Shown here: piece by piece, positions 39,373 through 49,219 of the stretch
Layout: the number at the start of each line of letters is the position of its first letter
Position numbering within the stretch: the first letter of the stretch is position 1
Origin: an uncultured Actinomycetota bacterium
GTDB taxonomy: Bacteria > Actinomycetota > Actinomycetes > JAHEKZ01
Assembly (NCBI GenBank): GCA_963718235.1
Contig: CAVQYR010000001.1
Coordinates: 1,152,001 to 1,216,000 of the forward strand
DNA: 64,000 nucleotides
Reading direction: 5' to 3'
Translations under genes and position numbers: made by a program
The notes under the pieces: model-generated
Seen by the model: only the letters and a program-made list of their open reading frames with translations
The model's database searches: none
Told to the model about the DNA's origin: nothing

Positions 39373-39677
39373 GTGCCGATATGCAGCGCTGAGGTCGATT
39401 CCTGCGGCGCTCGTCTGGGCTCGCTTGGTCACCCGGGGCGGACAGCGACGGGCACTGCGTTGAGCGACGACGAAGGCGGTACTGCGAGCGTGGTGAGTGA
39501 CCTTCGGGCTCTCCTAGTGACCGTTGGCTATTCCACGCTCCCGTTCAGCGATGAAGCCTCTGACGTGGAATGTGATGCCGCTGATTCCGCCCGGCACGTG
39601 GCGTCGATCGGCGTTTGCGCTGGTCAGGGATCTGGAGCGGGTGACCGGGATCGAACCGGCATGGCCAGCTTGGAAGG
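39373..39677. repeat. 305-bp direct repeat, copy 2
   Basis: Near-identical to 27564-27868; includes the tRNA-Gly 3' half. Confidence 0.95.
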
Positions 39678-39706
39678 CTGGGGCTCTACCATTGAGCTAC
39701 ACCCGC
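39633..39706 (-). tRNA. tRNA-Gly (TCC)
   Basis: GCGGGTGTAGCTCAATGGTAGAGC...CCAGC-CTTCCAA-GCTGG...GGTTCGATCCC...CACCCGCTCCA cloverleaf. Confidence 0.97.
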
Positions 39707-39767
39707 GTGAGCGGACCCTCGCCTTGGCGGTGGCCCGACGGCGTCCTCTAGACTACGGGACCAGCCG

Positions 39768-39840
39768 CGGGGCGTAGCGTAGTGGCTAGCGCGCCTGCTT
39801 TGGGGGCAGGAGATCGGGAGTTCGAGTCTCCCCGCCCCGA
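39768..39840 (+). tRNA. tRNA-Pro (TGG), CCA not encoded
   Basis: CGGGGCG acceptor stem, CCTGC-TTTGGGG-GCAGG anticodon arm, GTTCGAGTC T-loop; upstream of tig. Confidence 0.95.
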
Positions 39841-39916
39841 CTGCCTGCTGCACCACCAGTCAACGCACCACCACCGGTCGCTGGCGCATGCCGCCACGAC
39901 GAACGAGGAGAGAGTC

Positions 39917-41263
39917 GTGAAGAGCAGCGTCGAGAGCCTCGGGCCCACGCGTGTGAAGCTGACCGTCGAGGTGCCCTTCGACGAGCTCAAGCCGACCCTT
40001 GACCAGGCCTACCGTCGGATCGGCTCCCAGGTCACGATCCCGGGCTTCCGCAAGGGCAAGGTGCCGGCGCGGATCATCGACCAGCGGGTCGGCCGCGGCG
40101 CGGTGCTGGAGGAGGCGGTCAACGAGGCGCTGCCCAAGGCCTACAGCCAGGCCGTCGAGGAGAACTCGGTCAAGGTCATCGGCCAGCCGCAGGTCGACGT
40201 GACGAGCTTCGAGGACGGCGCCGACCTCACTTTCACCGCGGAAGTCGACGTCCGCCCCGACATCGAGCTGCCCGCCTTCGACACCCTGCACGTCACCGTG
40301 GCCGACGCCGTGGTCTCCGAGTCCGACATCGACGAGCAGATCGAGACGCTGCGCGCCCGGTTCGCCACGCTCAAGCCCGTCGAGCGGGCCGCCGCCAATG
40401 GTGACTTCGTCCAGATCGACCTGGCCAGCACCCACGACGACGAGCCGGTCGAGACGCTGTCGGCCACCGGCATGTCCTACGAGGTCGGCTCCGGGACGCT
40501 GCTGGACAACCTCGACGACGCACTGCTCGGCCTGTCAGCCGGAGAGAGTGGGGCCTTCACGACCACACCAGGTGTAGGCGACCTGGAGGGCGAGGCGGTG
40601 GATGTCACCGTCACCGTCACCGCCGTCCGCGAGCGCGAGCTGCCCGAGGTCGACGACGACTTCGCGTCCACCGTCAGCGAGTTCGACACCCTCGACGAGC
40701 TGCGGGACGCCGTACGCGAGGAGCTGAACCCCCGCAAGCAGGTCGAGCAGCTGATGGCCGCCCGCGACGCTGTGCTCGAGGCGCTGGTCGCCTCTGTTGA
40801 GGTGCCCCTGCCCGAGCATGTGGCCGCGGAGGCCGTCGAGGCACACTTCGAGGACGGCCACGGAGACGAGGCGCACCGCGAGGAGTACGTCGGCCAGGTC
40901 CGCGAGGCCTTGAAGAAGGACCTCGTGCTCGACGCCGTCGCCGACGCCGACGACACCCAGGTGACCCAGGCCGAGCTCGCCGAGTACATCGTGCGCCAGG
41001 CGCCTCAGTACGGCATGACGCCCGACCAGTTCGCCCAGGCACTCACCCAGTCGGGTCAGGTCGGCTCGGTGTTCGCCGACGTCCGCCGGGCCAAGGCGCT
41101 GTCGGTCGTCCTCGAGGCCGCCACGGTCATGGACGAGTCCGGGAACCCGGTCGACCTCAGCCCGGCCGCCTCGTCCGAGGACGATTCGGCTGAGGCCGCT
41201 GACGCGGTCAGCTCCGAGGACTCCGAGGACGCCGGGGCGACTGCAGAGGCGCCGGCGTCCTGA
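39917..41263 (+). CDS. tig: Trigger factor
   Basis: IPGFRKGKVP signature; synteny with clpP. Confidence 0.96.
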   Translation: MKSSVESLGPTRVKLTVEVPFDELKPTLDQAYRRIGSQVTIPGFRKGKVPARIIDQRVGRGAVLEEAVNEALPKAYSQAVEENSVKVIGQPQVDVTSFEDGADLTFTAEVDVRPDIELPAFDTLHVTVADAVVSESDIDEQIETLRARFATLKPVERAAANGDFVQIDLASTHDDEPVETLSATGMSYEVGSGTLLDNLDDALLGLSAGESGAFTTTPGVGDLEGEAVDVTVTVTAVRERELPEVDDDFASTVSEFDTLDELRDAVREELNPRKQVEQLMAARDAVLEALVASVEVPLPEHVAAEAVEAHFEDGHGDEAHREEYVGQVREALKKDLVLDAVADADDTQVTQAELAEYIVRQAPQYGMTPDQFAQALTQSGQVGSVFADVRRAKALSVVLEAATVMDESGNPVDLSPAASSEDDSAEAADAVSSEDSEDAGATAEAPAS

Positions 41264-41368
41264 CCGGACGTTCTTCCGTCAGCGAACACCTCGGGGTCGT
41301 GGATGGACCCGGGGTGTTCGGGCGTTAATGTCGCATGACCGCGTTGCTGACGAAGGAAGGCAAGCCCC

Positions 41369-41986
41369 GTGAGCCCTGATGTGACCGCTCGGACCCAACA
41401 GCCCAGTGGGGCCACCTTCGACGACTCGGTCTACCAGCGACTCCTGCGTGAGCGGATCATCTTCTTGGGCTCACAGGTGGACGACCCGATCGCCAACGCA
41501 CTCTCGGCCCAGATGCTCCTGCTCGCCGCCGAGGACTCCGAGCGCGACATCTACCTGTACATCAACTCACCCGGCGGCTCGGTGTCGGCCGGCATGGCCA
41601 TCTACGACACCATGCAGTACGTCCCGTGCGACGTCGCGACGGTGGGCATGGGTCTGGCCGCCTCGATGGGGCAGTTCCTGCTGGCGGCCGGCGCGAAGGG
41701 CAAGCGCTACGCCCTGCCTCACGCGCGGATCATGATGCACCAGCCCTCCGGCGGGCTGGGCGGCACCGCTTCGGACATCAAGATCCAGGCCGAGCAGATG
41801 CTCTACACCAAGAAGAAGCTGGCCGAGCTGATCGCCGAGCACACCGGGCAGACCGTCGAGCAGATCGAGGCCGACTCCGACCGCGACCGGTGGTTCACCG
41901 CTGACGAGGCCAAGGAGTACGGCTTCGTCGACAACGTCGTCAGCACAGCTCGCGACGTCGCCGGGGCCGGCGGCACCAGCGCGTGA
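41369..41986 (+). CDS. clpP1: Clp protease proteolytic subunit 1
   Basis: [17 protein letters not shown]. Confidence 0.95.
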   Translation: MSPDVTARTQQPSGATFDDSVYQRLLRERIIFLGSQVDDPIANALSAQMLLLAAEDSERDIYLYINSPGGSVSAGMAIYDTMQYVPCDVATVGMGLAASMGQFLLAAGAKGKRYALPHARIMMHQPSGGLGGTASDIKIQAEQMLYTKKKLAELIAEHTGQTVEQIEADSDRDRWFTADEAKEYGFVDNVVSTARDVAGAGGTSA

Positions 41987-42042
41987 CGCCGCCCAGCCCT
42001 GACCCAGATCCCCGCACGACTTCCCGGAAGGACCCACTCGCT

Positions 42043-42708
42043 GTGAGCACACTGAACCCCGGTGGCGGCCTCGGAGGCATGGTCGGCGCTCAGCCGCAGT
42101 CGCGCTACATCCTGCCGAGCTTCGTCGAGCGGACCGCGCAGGGTTTTCGTGAGTTCAACCCGTACAACAAGCTGTTCGAGGAGCGGATCATCTTCCTCGG
42201 CGTCCAGATCGACGACGCATCGGCCGACGACGTCATGGCGCAGCTGCTGTGCCTGGAGTCGATGGACCCCGACCGCGACATCTCGATCTACATCAACTCT
42301 CCCGGCGGCTCGTACACGGCGATGACGGCCATCTACGACACGATGCAGTTCGTCAAGCCCGACATCCAGACCGCGTGCCTGGGCCAGGCGGCCTCGGCGG
42401 CTGCCGTGCTGCTGGCCTCGGGCACCCCCGGCAAGCGGTTCGCGCTGCCGCACTCCCGGATCCTCATCCACCAGCCGTACACCGAGGGGGGCGGCCAGGG
42501 CTCGGACATCGAGATCCAGGCCAACGAGATCCTGCGGATGCGTGCCGAGATGGAGGGCATCCTCGCCCGCCACACCGGTCGCAGTGTCGAGGACATCGAG
42601 AAGGACATCGAGCGGGACAAGATCCTGACTGCGGAGCAGGCCCGCGAGTACGGCATCGTCGACTCCGTGATCGACACCCGCAAGGGTCCGGCCGCGCCCG
42701 CCGCCTGA
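42043..42708 (+). CDS. clpP2: Clp protease proteolytic subunit 2 (alternative start 41983)
   Basis: [21 protein letters not shown]. Confidence 0.95.
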   Translation: MSTLNPGGGLGGMVGAQPQSRYILPSFVERTAQGFREFNPYNKLFEERIIFLGVQIDDASADDVMAQLLCLESMDPDRDISIYINSPGGSYTAMTAIYDTMQFVKPDIQTACLGQAASAAAVLLASGTPGKRFALPHSRILIHQPYTEGGGQGSDIEIQANEILRMRAEMEGILARHTGRSVEDIEKDIERDKILTAEQAREYGIVDSVIDTRKGPAAPAA

Positions 42709-42833
42709 CGTGCCGCCGAACGGGTCACTCCCGGGCGACGCGCCCGGGCAATTCGGAGCCGGCGCGCCTGGTTCGGGGTACGGTCGTGAGGTTCGCGGTC
42801 CGGCAGCAGCCGGCCGTCCAGGTGAGGAGACCC

Positions 42834-44162
42834 GTGGCACGCATCGGTGACGGCGGCGACCTGCTCAAGTGCTCGTTCTGCGGGAAGAGCCAGAAGCAGG
42901 TCAAGAAGCTCATCGCCGGCCCCGGCGTCTACATCTGCGACGAGTGCATCGACCTGTGCAACGAGATCATCGAGGAAGAGCTCTCCGAGTCGACCGAGGT
43001 CTCGTGGGACGACCTGCCCAAGCCGCGGGAGATCTTCGAGTTCCTCGACGAGTACATCATCGGCCAGGACCCGGCCAAGAAGTCGCTGGCGGTCGCCGTC
43101 TACAACCACTACAAGCGGGTCCAGGCCGGCAACAACGAGCGGCCCAAGGACGACGTCGTCGAGCTGGCCAAGTCGAACATCCTGCTGCTGGGGCCCACCG
43201 GGTGCGGCAAGACCCTCCTGGCCCAGACGCTGGCCAAGATGCTGAACGTCCCGTTCGCGATCGCCGACGCCACCGCGTTGACCGAGGCCGGCTACGTCGG
43301 TGAGGACGTCGAGAACATCCTGCTCAAGCTGATCCAGGCTGCCGACTACGACGTGAAGAAGGCAGAGACCGGGATCATCTACATCGACGAGATCGACAAG
43401 GTCGCCCGCAAGAGCGAGAACCCCTCGATCACCCGAGACGTGTCGGGCGAGGGGGTGCAGCAGGCGCTGCTGAAGATCCTCGAGGGCACCACCGCCTCGG
43501 TGCCGCCGCAGGGCGGGCGCAAGCACCCGCACCAAGAGTTCATCCAGATCGACACCACCAACGTGCTGTTCATCTGCGGCGGTGCGTTCGCCGGCCTGGA
43601 CACCATCATCGACAGCCGGGCTGGCCGGCACCCGATCGGGATCGTGCCCAACAAGTCGCGCAAGGAGCAGGACCTCGAGGCCCAGGGCTACCGACGACTG
43701 GGCGCCGAGGGAGAGCTCGACCCCGACGACATCTTCGCCCGCGTGCTGCCCGAGGACCTCATCTCCTACGGGATGATCCCGGAGTTCATCGGACGCCTCC
43801 CGGTCATCACCTCGGTGTCCAAGCTCGACCGCAACGCCCTGGTCCAGGTGCTCACCGACCCGAAGAACGCCCTCGTGCGCCAGTACCAGCGGCTGTTCGA
43901 GATGGACGGCGTCGAGCTGGAGTTCACCGAAGACGCCCTGCTCGCCGTGGCCGACCAGGCCGACCTGCGCGGCACCGGGGCCCGTGGGCTGCGCGCCATC
44001 ATGGAGGAAGTGCTGCTCTCGGTCATGTACGAGGTGCCCAGCCGCAAGGACCTCGCCCGGGTGATCATCACCCGCGACGTCGTGGTCGAGCACGTGAACC
44101 CGACCCTCGTGCCTCGCGAGAAGGAGACGCCCAAGCGCGAGCGCCGCGAGAAGTCAGCCTGA
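42834..44162 (+). CDS. clpX: Clp protease ATP-binding subunit
   Basis: CSFCGK zinc finger, [18 protein letters not shown]. Confidence 0.97.
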   Translation: MARIGDGGDLLKCSFCGKSQKQVKKLIAGPGVYICDECIDLCNEIIEEELSESTEVSWDDLPKPREIFEFLDEYIIGQDPAKKSLAVAVYNHYKRVQAGNNERPKDDVVELAKSNILLLGPTGCGKTLLAQTLAKMLNVPFAIADATALTEAGYVGEDVENILLKLIQAADYDVKKAETGIIYIDEIDKVARKSENPSITRDVSGEGVQQALLKILEGTTASVPPQGGRKHPHQEFIQIDTTNVLFICGGAFAGLDTIIDSRAGRHPIGIVPNKSRKEQDLEAQGYRRLGAEGELDPDDIFARVLPEDLISYGMIPEFIGRLPVITSVSKLDRNALVQVLTDPKNALVRQYQRLFEMDGVELEFTEDALLAVADQADLRGTGARGLRAIMEEVLLSVMYEVPSRKDLARVIITRDVVVEHVNPTLVPREKETPKRERREKSA

Positions 44163-44195
44163 CCTCGACCGTTCGCCTGTGGCTGCCTCGCCCGG

Positions 44196-45065
44196 TCAGC
44201 TCACTGCGGCGTTGCGCAGCTGCTTGGTCGTCTTGATGATCGGGGCCGCCTCACCGGGCAGGGCCATCACGACCCCCAGGGTGTCGCCGTCCACCCAGAT
44301 GCAGGTCTGCAGGGCGATCCGCTGGCTGCTCACCGTCCCGCAGCGCATCTCGCCGGGCTGACCCGACGTCGCGGCGGGCATGAGCTTGGCCGTTCCACCC
44401 GTTCCGGCGACGCCGGCCGCCAGTCCGCGCCAGAACGAGTCACCGCCGGGGTTGCCGGCCACCTCGCCGACGATCAGCACGACCGAGGGCTGGCCGCCGG
44501 GCTTGCGGGCGTACACCCCGGCTTCCAGGTTGGAGATGCCTGAGTCGCCACCGACGCCGGCCTTCAGCGCATCCATCGCGGCCTTGGTGTTGGCGGGCGG
44601 CTCGATCAGGGCGAGGGCGCCAGCAGCGGCAGGAACCACGACGCTTCGATGGTCGATGATGTCCAGGGCGATCGGGACCGTCCGGATCACCCCGAACGCC
44701 GACAGCACGCAGCCCAGGGCGATCAGCATCACCGGGGCCAAGGAGGGTCCACTCGACGGGCTGGGCTTCGAGGGAGCACTGTGCGGCGGGGACCACGTGG
44801 CGGCCACGTTCTGGGACCAGGGGGCCGAAGCCCCGGTCGAGCCACCCGGCGACGTGGTGGCGAAGAACTCCACCCCCTCGCTGGGCGCCCACTGCATCCC
44901 ACCGCCTCCGAAGGTCGCTGCGCCTTCGACGGAGTCGCGCTGGCGGCGGCGTCCGGTGACTCCGACGATCACGAGCACCACGCCACCCAGCAGCAGCAGA
45001 CCGGCGAGGGCCATCTGGCCAGCCTGGTACCCGTTGGCGAACGCCAACAGGCCAGAGGCGCTCAT
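44196..45065 (-). CDS. Membrane hypothetical protein
   Basis: Two hydrophobic helices and a likely extracytoplasmic domain. Confidence 0.65.
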   Translation of the reverse strand: MSASGLLAFANGYQAGQMALAGLLLLGGVVLVIVGVTGRRRQRDSVEGAATFGGGGMQWAPSEGVEFFATTSPGGSTGASAPWSQNVAATWSPPHSAPSKPSPSSGPSLAPVMLIALGCVLSAFGVIRTVPIALDIIDHRSVVVPAAAGALALIEPPANTKAAMDALKAGVGGDSGISNLEAGVYARKPGGQPSVVLIVGEVAGNPGGDSFWRGLAAGVAGTGGTAKLMPAATSGQPGEMRCGTVSSQRIALQTCIWVDGDTLGVVMALPGEAAPIIKTTKQLRNAAVS

Positions 45066-45164
45066 GGTGACCTCGCATCGGGAACGCACTCATCGCCCGA
45101 ATGGCGCATCTTGCCGTCCCCATCAAGGTGTCGACCACCGGGAGCGGCGCCTTGAGGCGCCGGG

Positions 45165-47742
45165 TCAGGTGACCGCCAGCGTGACCTCGACGCTGAGCGT
45201 GGGAGCGTCGCTGGCCGTGAGCACCAGCTCACCGATCCGACCGGCCGCCTTGAGGTCCTCAGCGGCCGTCTGGACCCGGTCGATCTCACCCGCGGGGCCG
45301 CTGACGGTGACCGTCGGCACCTCGGTGCGCATGGAGGTCTTGGCCTCCGACTTCGCCTTCCGGACCGCCGCGAGCACGACCGCCGCATGCTGCAGGACCG
45401 TCACATCGGCGTCACGGGCCACCCCAGCGACCTCTTCAGCGCTCGGCCACGCAGCCCGGTGCACCGAGCCCTCCTGCCACCAGGACCAGACCTCCTCGGT
45501 GACGAACGGCAGAAACGGCGCGAACAGGCGCAGCTGCACCGACAAGGCGGTGGCGAGCGTCGCCTTGACCGAGGCGGCAGCTCGATCGTCGCGACCACCG
45601 TAGGCACGGTCCTTGACCAGCTCGAGGTAGTCGTCGCAGAACGTCCAGAAGAACGCCTCGGTGACCTCGAGCGCCCGGGTGTACTCGTAGGCGTCCAGCG
45701 CCTCGGTCGCCTCGCGGGTGACGTCGGCGAGGGCGGCCAGCAGTGCCTGGTCCAGCGGCTCGGTGACCGCGGAAGCGTCCTCCCCAGCGCCGAAGGACAG
45801 CGCGAACCGGCTGGCGTTGAGAATCTTGATGGCCAGACGTCGTCCGATCTTCATCTGCGCCTCGTCGAACGGGCTGTCCATGCCGGGCCGGGCGCCTGCG
45901 GCGCGCCAGCGCACGGCATCAGAGCCGTAGCGCTGGAGCACGTCGGTGGGGACGACGACGTTGCCCTTGGACTTCGACATCTTCTTGCGGTCGGGGTCGA
46001 CCACGAAGCCGGAGATCGCCGCATGCGGTCCAGGGGACCGTGCCGTGCTCGTAGTAGCGCGCGCACCACGGTGGCGAACAGCCAGGTCCGGATGATCTCG
46101 TGCGCCTGGGGTCGAAGGTCCATGGGAAAGGTGCGGGCGAAGAGGTCGGGGTCGCGCTCCCAGCCACACACCACCTGCGGGCTCAGTGACGACGTCGCCC
46201 AGGTGTCCATGACGTCGGGGTCGGCGGTGAAGCCGCCCGGGACGTCGCGCTGGCCGTCGGCGTAGCCCTCCGGCGCCTGGGAGGACGGGTCGACCGGGAG
46301 GATCGACTCGTCGGCCAGGAGCGGCTCGTCGTACAGCGGCTCGCCGTCGGCGTCGAGCGGGTACCAGACCGGGAACGGGACACCGAAGAACCGCTGCCGG
46401 CTGACCAGCCAGTCACCCTGGAGACCATTGACCCAGTTCTCGTAGCGGTGACGCATGAAGTCGGGCACCCAGGTGATCTCCCGACCCTGCGCGATGAACG
46501 TCTCGCGCATGCGCCTCGCTGCGGCCCCCGTTGCGGATGTACCACTGCCGGCTGGTGACGATCTCCAGCGGCTTGTCGCCCTTCTCGTAGAAGTTCGCCA
46601 TCCGCTGGGTGGGCACCGGCTCACCGACGAGGTCCCCGGAGTCACGGAGCCGCTCGACGATGGCCGCCCGCGCCGAGAACGTCGTCTTGCCCGCCAGCTC
46701 CGCGTACGTCGCAGCCGCCGACTCCTGCAGGAGCCACTCGGGGGTCTCGCGCAGGAGCCGGCCGTCGCGGGCCACGACCGACCGGGTGGGCAGGTCGAGC
46801 TCGCGCCACCACTGGACGTCGGTGAGGTCGCCGAAGGTGCAGCACATGGCGATGCCGGCCCCCTTGTCCGGCTCGGCCGCCGGGTGGGCGAGGACGGGGA
46901 CCTCGACGTCGAACAGCGGTGAGCGCACGGTGGTGCCGAACAGGGCCTGGTAGCGCTCGTCGTCCGGGTGGGCGATCAGGGCGACGCACGCGGGGATGAG
47001 CTCGGGCCGGGTCGTCTCGATCGCGACCGGGCCGGAGCCGCCATGGAACGTGACCCGGTGGAAGTGTCCCGGGTAGTCGCGCGCCTCGAGCTCCGCCTGC
47101 GCGACCGCGGTCTGGAAGGTGACGTCCCACAGGCTCGGCGCCTCGTGCTGGTAGGCCTCGCCCCGCGCCAGGTTCCTCAGGAACGCTCGCTGGGACGCGG
47201 CGATGGAGGCGTCGTTGATCGTCGTGTACTTCTGGGTCCAGTCGACCGACAGACCGACGAGACGCCAGAGCTCCTCGTACGCCTGCTCGACCTGCTCGCT
47301 CCACCGCTCGCACAGCTCGATGAAGTTGCGGCGTGAGATCGGGACCTGGCGTTTGGGGTCAGGCTTGGCCGGGGGCTCGAAGTCGGGGTCGTAGGGCAGG
47401 GACGGGTCGCAGCGCACGCCGAGGTCGTGCTGCACCCGGCGTTCGGTGGGCAGGCCGTTGTCGTCCCAGCCCATCGGGTAGAAGACCTCTTTGCCCCTCA
47501 TCCGCTGGTAGCGCGCGACGATGTCGGTGTGGGTGTAGCTGAAGACGTGCCCGACGTGCAGGGAGCCGCTCACGGTCGGCGGGGGAGTGTCGATCGAGTA
47601 GATCTGCTCGCGGGTCTTCGTGCGGTCGAACCGGTAGGTGTGCTGCTGCTCCCACGACCTGGGCCCACTTCGCCTCGAGCCCGTCGATCGTGGGCTTCTC
47701 GGGCACGCCCGTGGTCGTGGGGTCAGCGGTTGCCTGGTTCAT
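45165..47742 (-). CDS. valS: Valine--tRNA ligase, split by several frameshifts (likely assembly errors)
   Basis: [29 protein letters not shown] and KMSKS lie in different frames. Confidence 0.92.
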
Positions 47743-47781
47743 GCCGTCATCGTAGAGAGGGGGGCTCCTAGACTCGCGACC

Positions 47782-49137
47782 GTGATCCCCTCCGGCAGCT
47801 CATCCGCCTCCGACGTCGACGCACGAATGCGTGAGATCGAGGTCGCCCTGATAGCGCGTGCGCCGGAGTCCGACATCGAGCCCGGCACCGACCGGGTGGC
47901 CGCTGTGCTGGCAGCGATGGGTGACCCGCAGCGGTCCTTCCCGTCGATCCACGTCGCGGGCACCAACGGCAAGACCTCGACCACGCGGATGATCGACGCG
48001 CTGCTGCGGGCCCTCGACCTGCGTACCGGCGTGTACACCAGCCCCCACCTCGAGTCGATCACCGAGCGGATCACCGTGGACGGCGAACCCATCGGGGCCG
48101 AGGCGTTCGTCGCCACCTTCGACGAGGTCGCCCCCTACCTGCGGATCGTGGAGTCCGACGGCGGTCGCCCGCTCACCTACTTCGAGCTGGTCACCGTCAT
48201 GGCGTTCAGCGCCTTCGCTGACGCGCCGGTCTCCGTGGCCAGCGTGGAGGTGGGGCTCGGCGGTCGGTGGGACGCGACCAACGTGCTCGACGCGCCGGTG
48301 TCGGTCGTCATGCCGATCGGCCTGGACCACACGGAGTACCTGGGGGACACCCTCGAGCTCATCGCAGCCGAGAAGGCCGGCATCATCCGGGCCGGTCAGG
48401 TGACGGTACTGGCCCAGCAGGACCCGGTGGCCGAAGCCGTGGTCGTGCAGCGAGCCGCCCAGGTGGGGGCCACCCTCGCCCGGGAGGGCCTGAACTTCGG
48501 CGTCGTCGACCGGCAGATCGCGGTCGGCGGCCAGCTGCTCACCCTGCGCGGGATCACCGGTGAGTTCGACGAGGTCTTCCTGCCGTTGTACGGGGCGCAC
48601 CAGGCCTCCAACGCGGCCTGTGCGCTGGCCGCGGTCGAGGCGTTCGTGGGGGGTGGACAGGGACAGCTCGACCCCGAGGTGGTGCGGGCCGGCTTCGCCC
48701 AGGTCAGCTCTCCCGGTCGGCTGGAGATCGTCCGCCGCAGCCCCACGGTGATCATCGACGCCACCCACAACCCCGCAGGTGCCGCGACCCTGGTCGACTC
48801 GGTCGAGGAGGCCTTCGAGTTCACCCGGCTCGTCGGGGTGGTCGGAGTGCTCGGCGACAAGGACGCCGAGGGCATCCTCGGGGCGCTGGAGCCCCTGCTG
48901 TCGGAGGTCGTGGTGACCCGCTCCCGGTCCCCACGGGCGATCGACCCCGACGACCTGGGGGAGCTGGCCACGGAGGTCTTCGGTGCCGACCGGGTGGTGG
49001 TCGAGCCGCAGCTCGCCGACGCCGTCGAGCGGGCGATTGAGCTGGCCGAGGGTGACGACCCACAAGGTGGTGGCGGAGTCCTGATCACCGGGTCGGTGAC
49101 CCTGGCCGGCGAGGCCCGGTCGCTGCTGCGTCGCTGA
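47782..49137 (+). CDS. folC: Folylpolyglutamate synthase/dihydrofolate synthase
   Basis: HVAGTNGKTST, TSPHL, EVGLGGRWDATN, DATHNP. Confidence 0.95.
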   Translation: MIPSGSSSASDVDARMREIEVALIARAPESDIEPGTDRVAAVLAAMGDPQRSFPSIHVAGTNGKTSTTRMIDALLRALDLRTGVYTSPHLESITERITVDGEPIGAEAFVATFDEVAPYLRIVESDGGRPLTYFELVTVMAFSAFADAPVSVASVEVGLGGRWDATNVLDAPVSVVMPIGLDHTEYLGDTLELIAAEKAGIIRAGQVTVLAQQDPVAEAVVVQRAAQVGATLAREGLNFGVVDRQIAVGGQLLTLRGITGEFDEVFLPLYGAHQASNAACALAAVEAFVGGGQGQLDPEVVRAGFAQVSSPGRLEIVRRSPTVIIDATHNPAGAATLVDSVEEAFEFTRLVGVVGVLGDKDAEGILGALEPLLSEVVVTRSRSPRAIDPDDLGELATEVFGADRVVVEPQLADAVERAIELAEGDDPQGGGGVLITGSVTLAGEARSLLRR

Positions 49138-49219
49138 CCCGTTCACCCATGGGTCACCCAGTGGTGGCAGGCTGCCATGCATTGGTCCGCTTCCACGATG
49201 GTCAGCGAACGGAGTCGTC

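Larger units (their letters stand above)
34440..39409 (+). repeat. Rightward-oriented intergenic sites (GTGCCG at 34440, 35274, 35989, 36960, 37719, 38318, 39373; GTGCTG at 38434)
   Basis: Most are followed after 22-28 nt by CGGCA/CGGCG; two abut stop codons directly. Confidence 0.85.
27869..39677. mobile_element. Integrative element 1 at tRNA-Gly carrying an integrase and a cassette-like gene array
   Basis: Flanked by 45-bp tRNA 3' direct repeats; tyrosine integrase adjacent to the distal att. Confidence 0.88.

Noticed and set aside
29427-39409. CRISPR array or classical integron interpretation of the repeated sites
   Set aside because: Repeats are degenerate and separated by whole genes; no cas genes; no attC RYYYAAC/GTTRRRY cores seen; the integrase looks like an arm-binding tRNA-targeting type.
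39373-39777. ORFs spanning the 305-bp repeat and tRNA (also 27564-28001)
   Set aside because: They overlap tRNA/att sequence and have no recognisable protein features.
42704-42760. TGACGTGCCGCC after the clpP2 stop resembling a cassette site
   Set aside because: Lacks the WT continuation and a correctly spaced CGGCA arm, and lies in conserved core. GTGCCG alone is common in high-GC DNA. The same applies to the match near 54135.
46000-47700. Programmed frameshifting in valS or mrdA
   Set aside because: Several independent shifts with no evident slippery sites; assembly error is more parsimonious.
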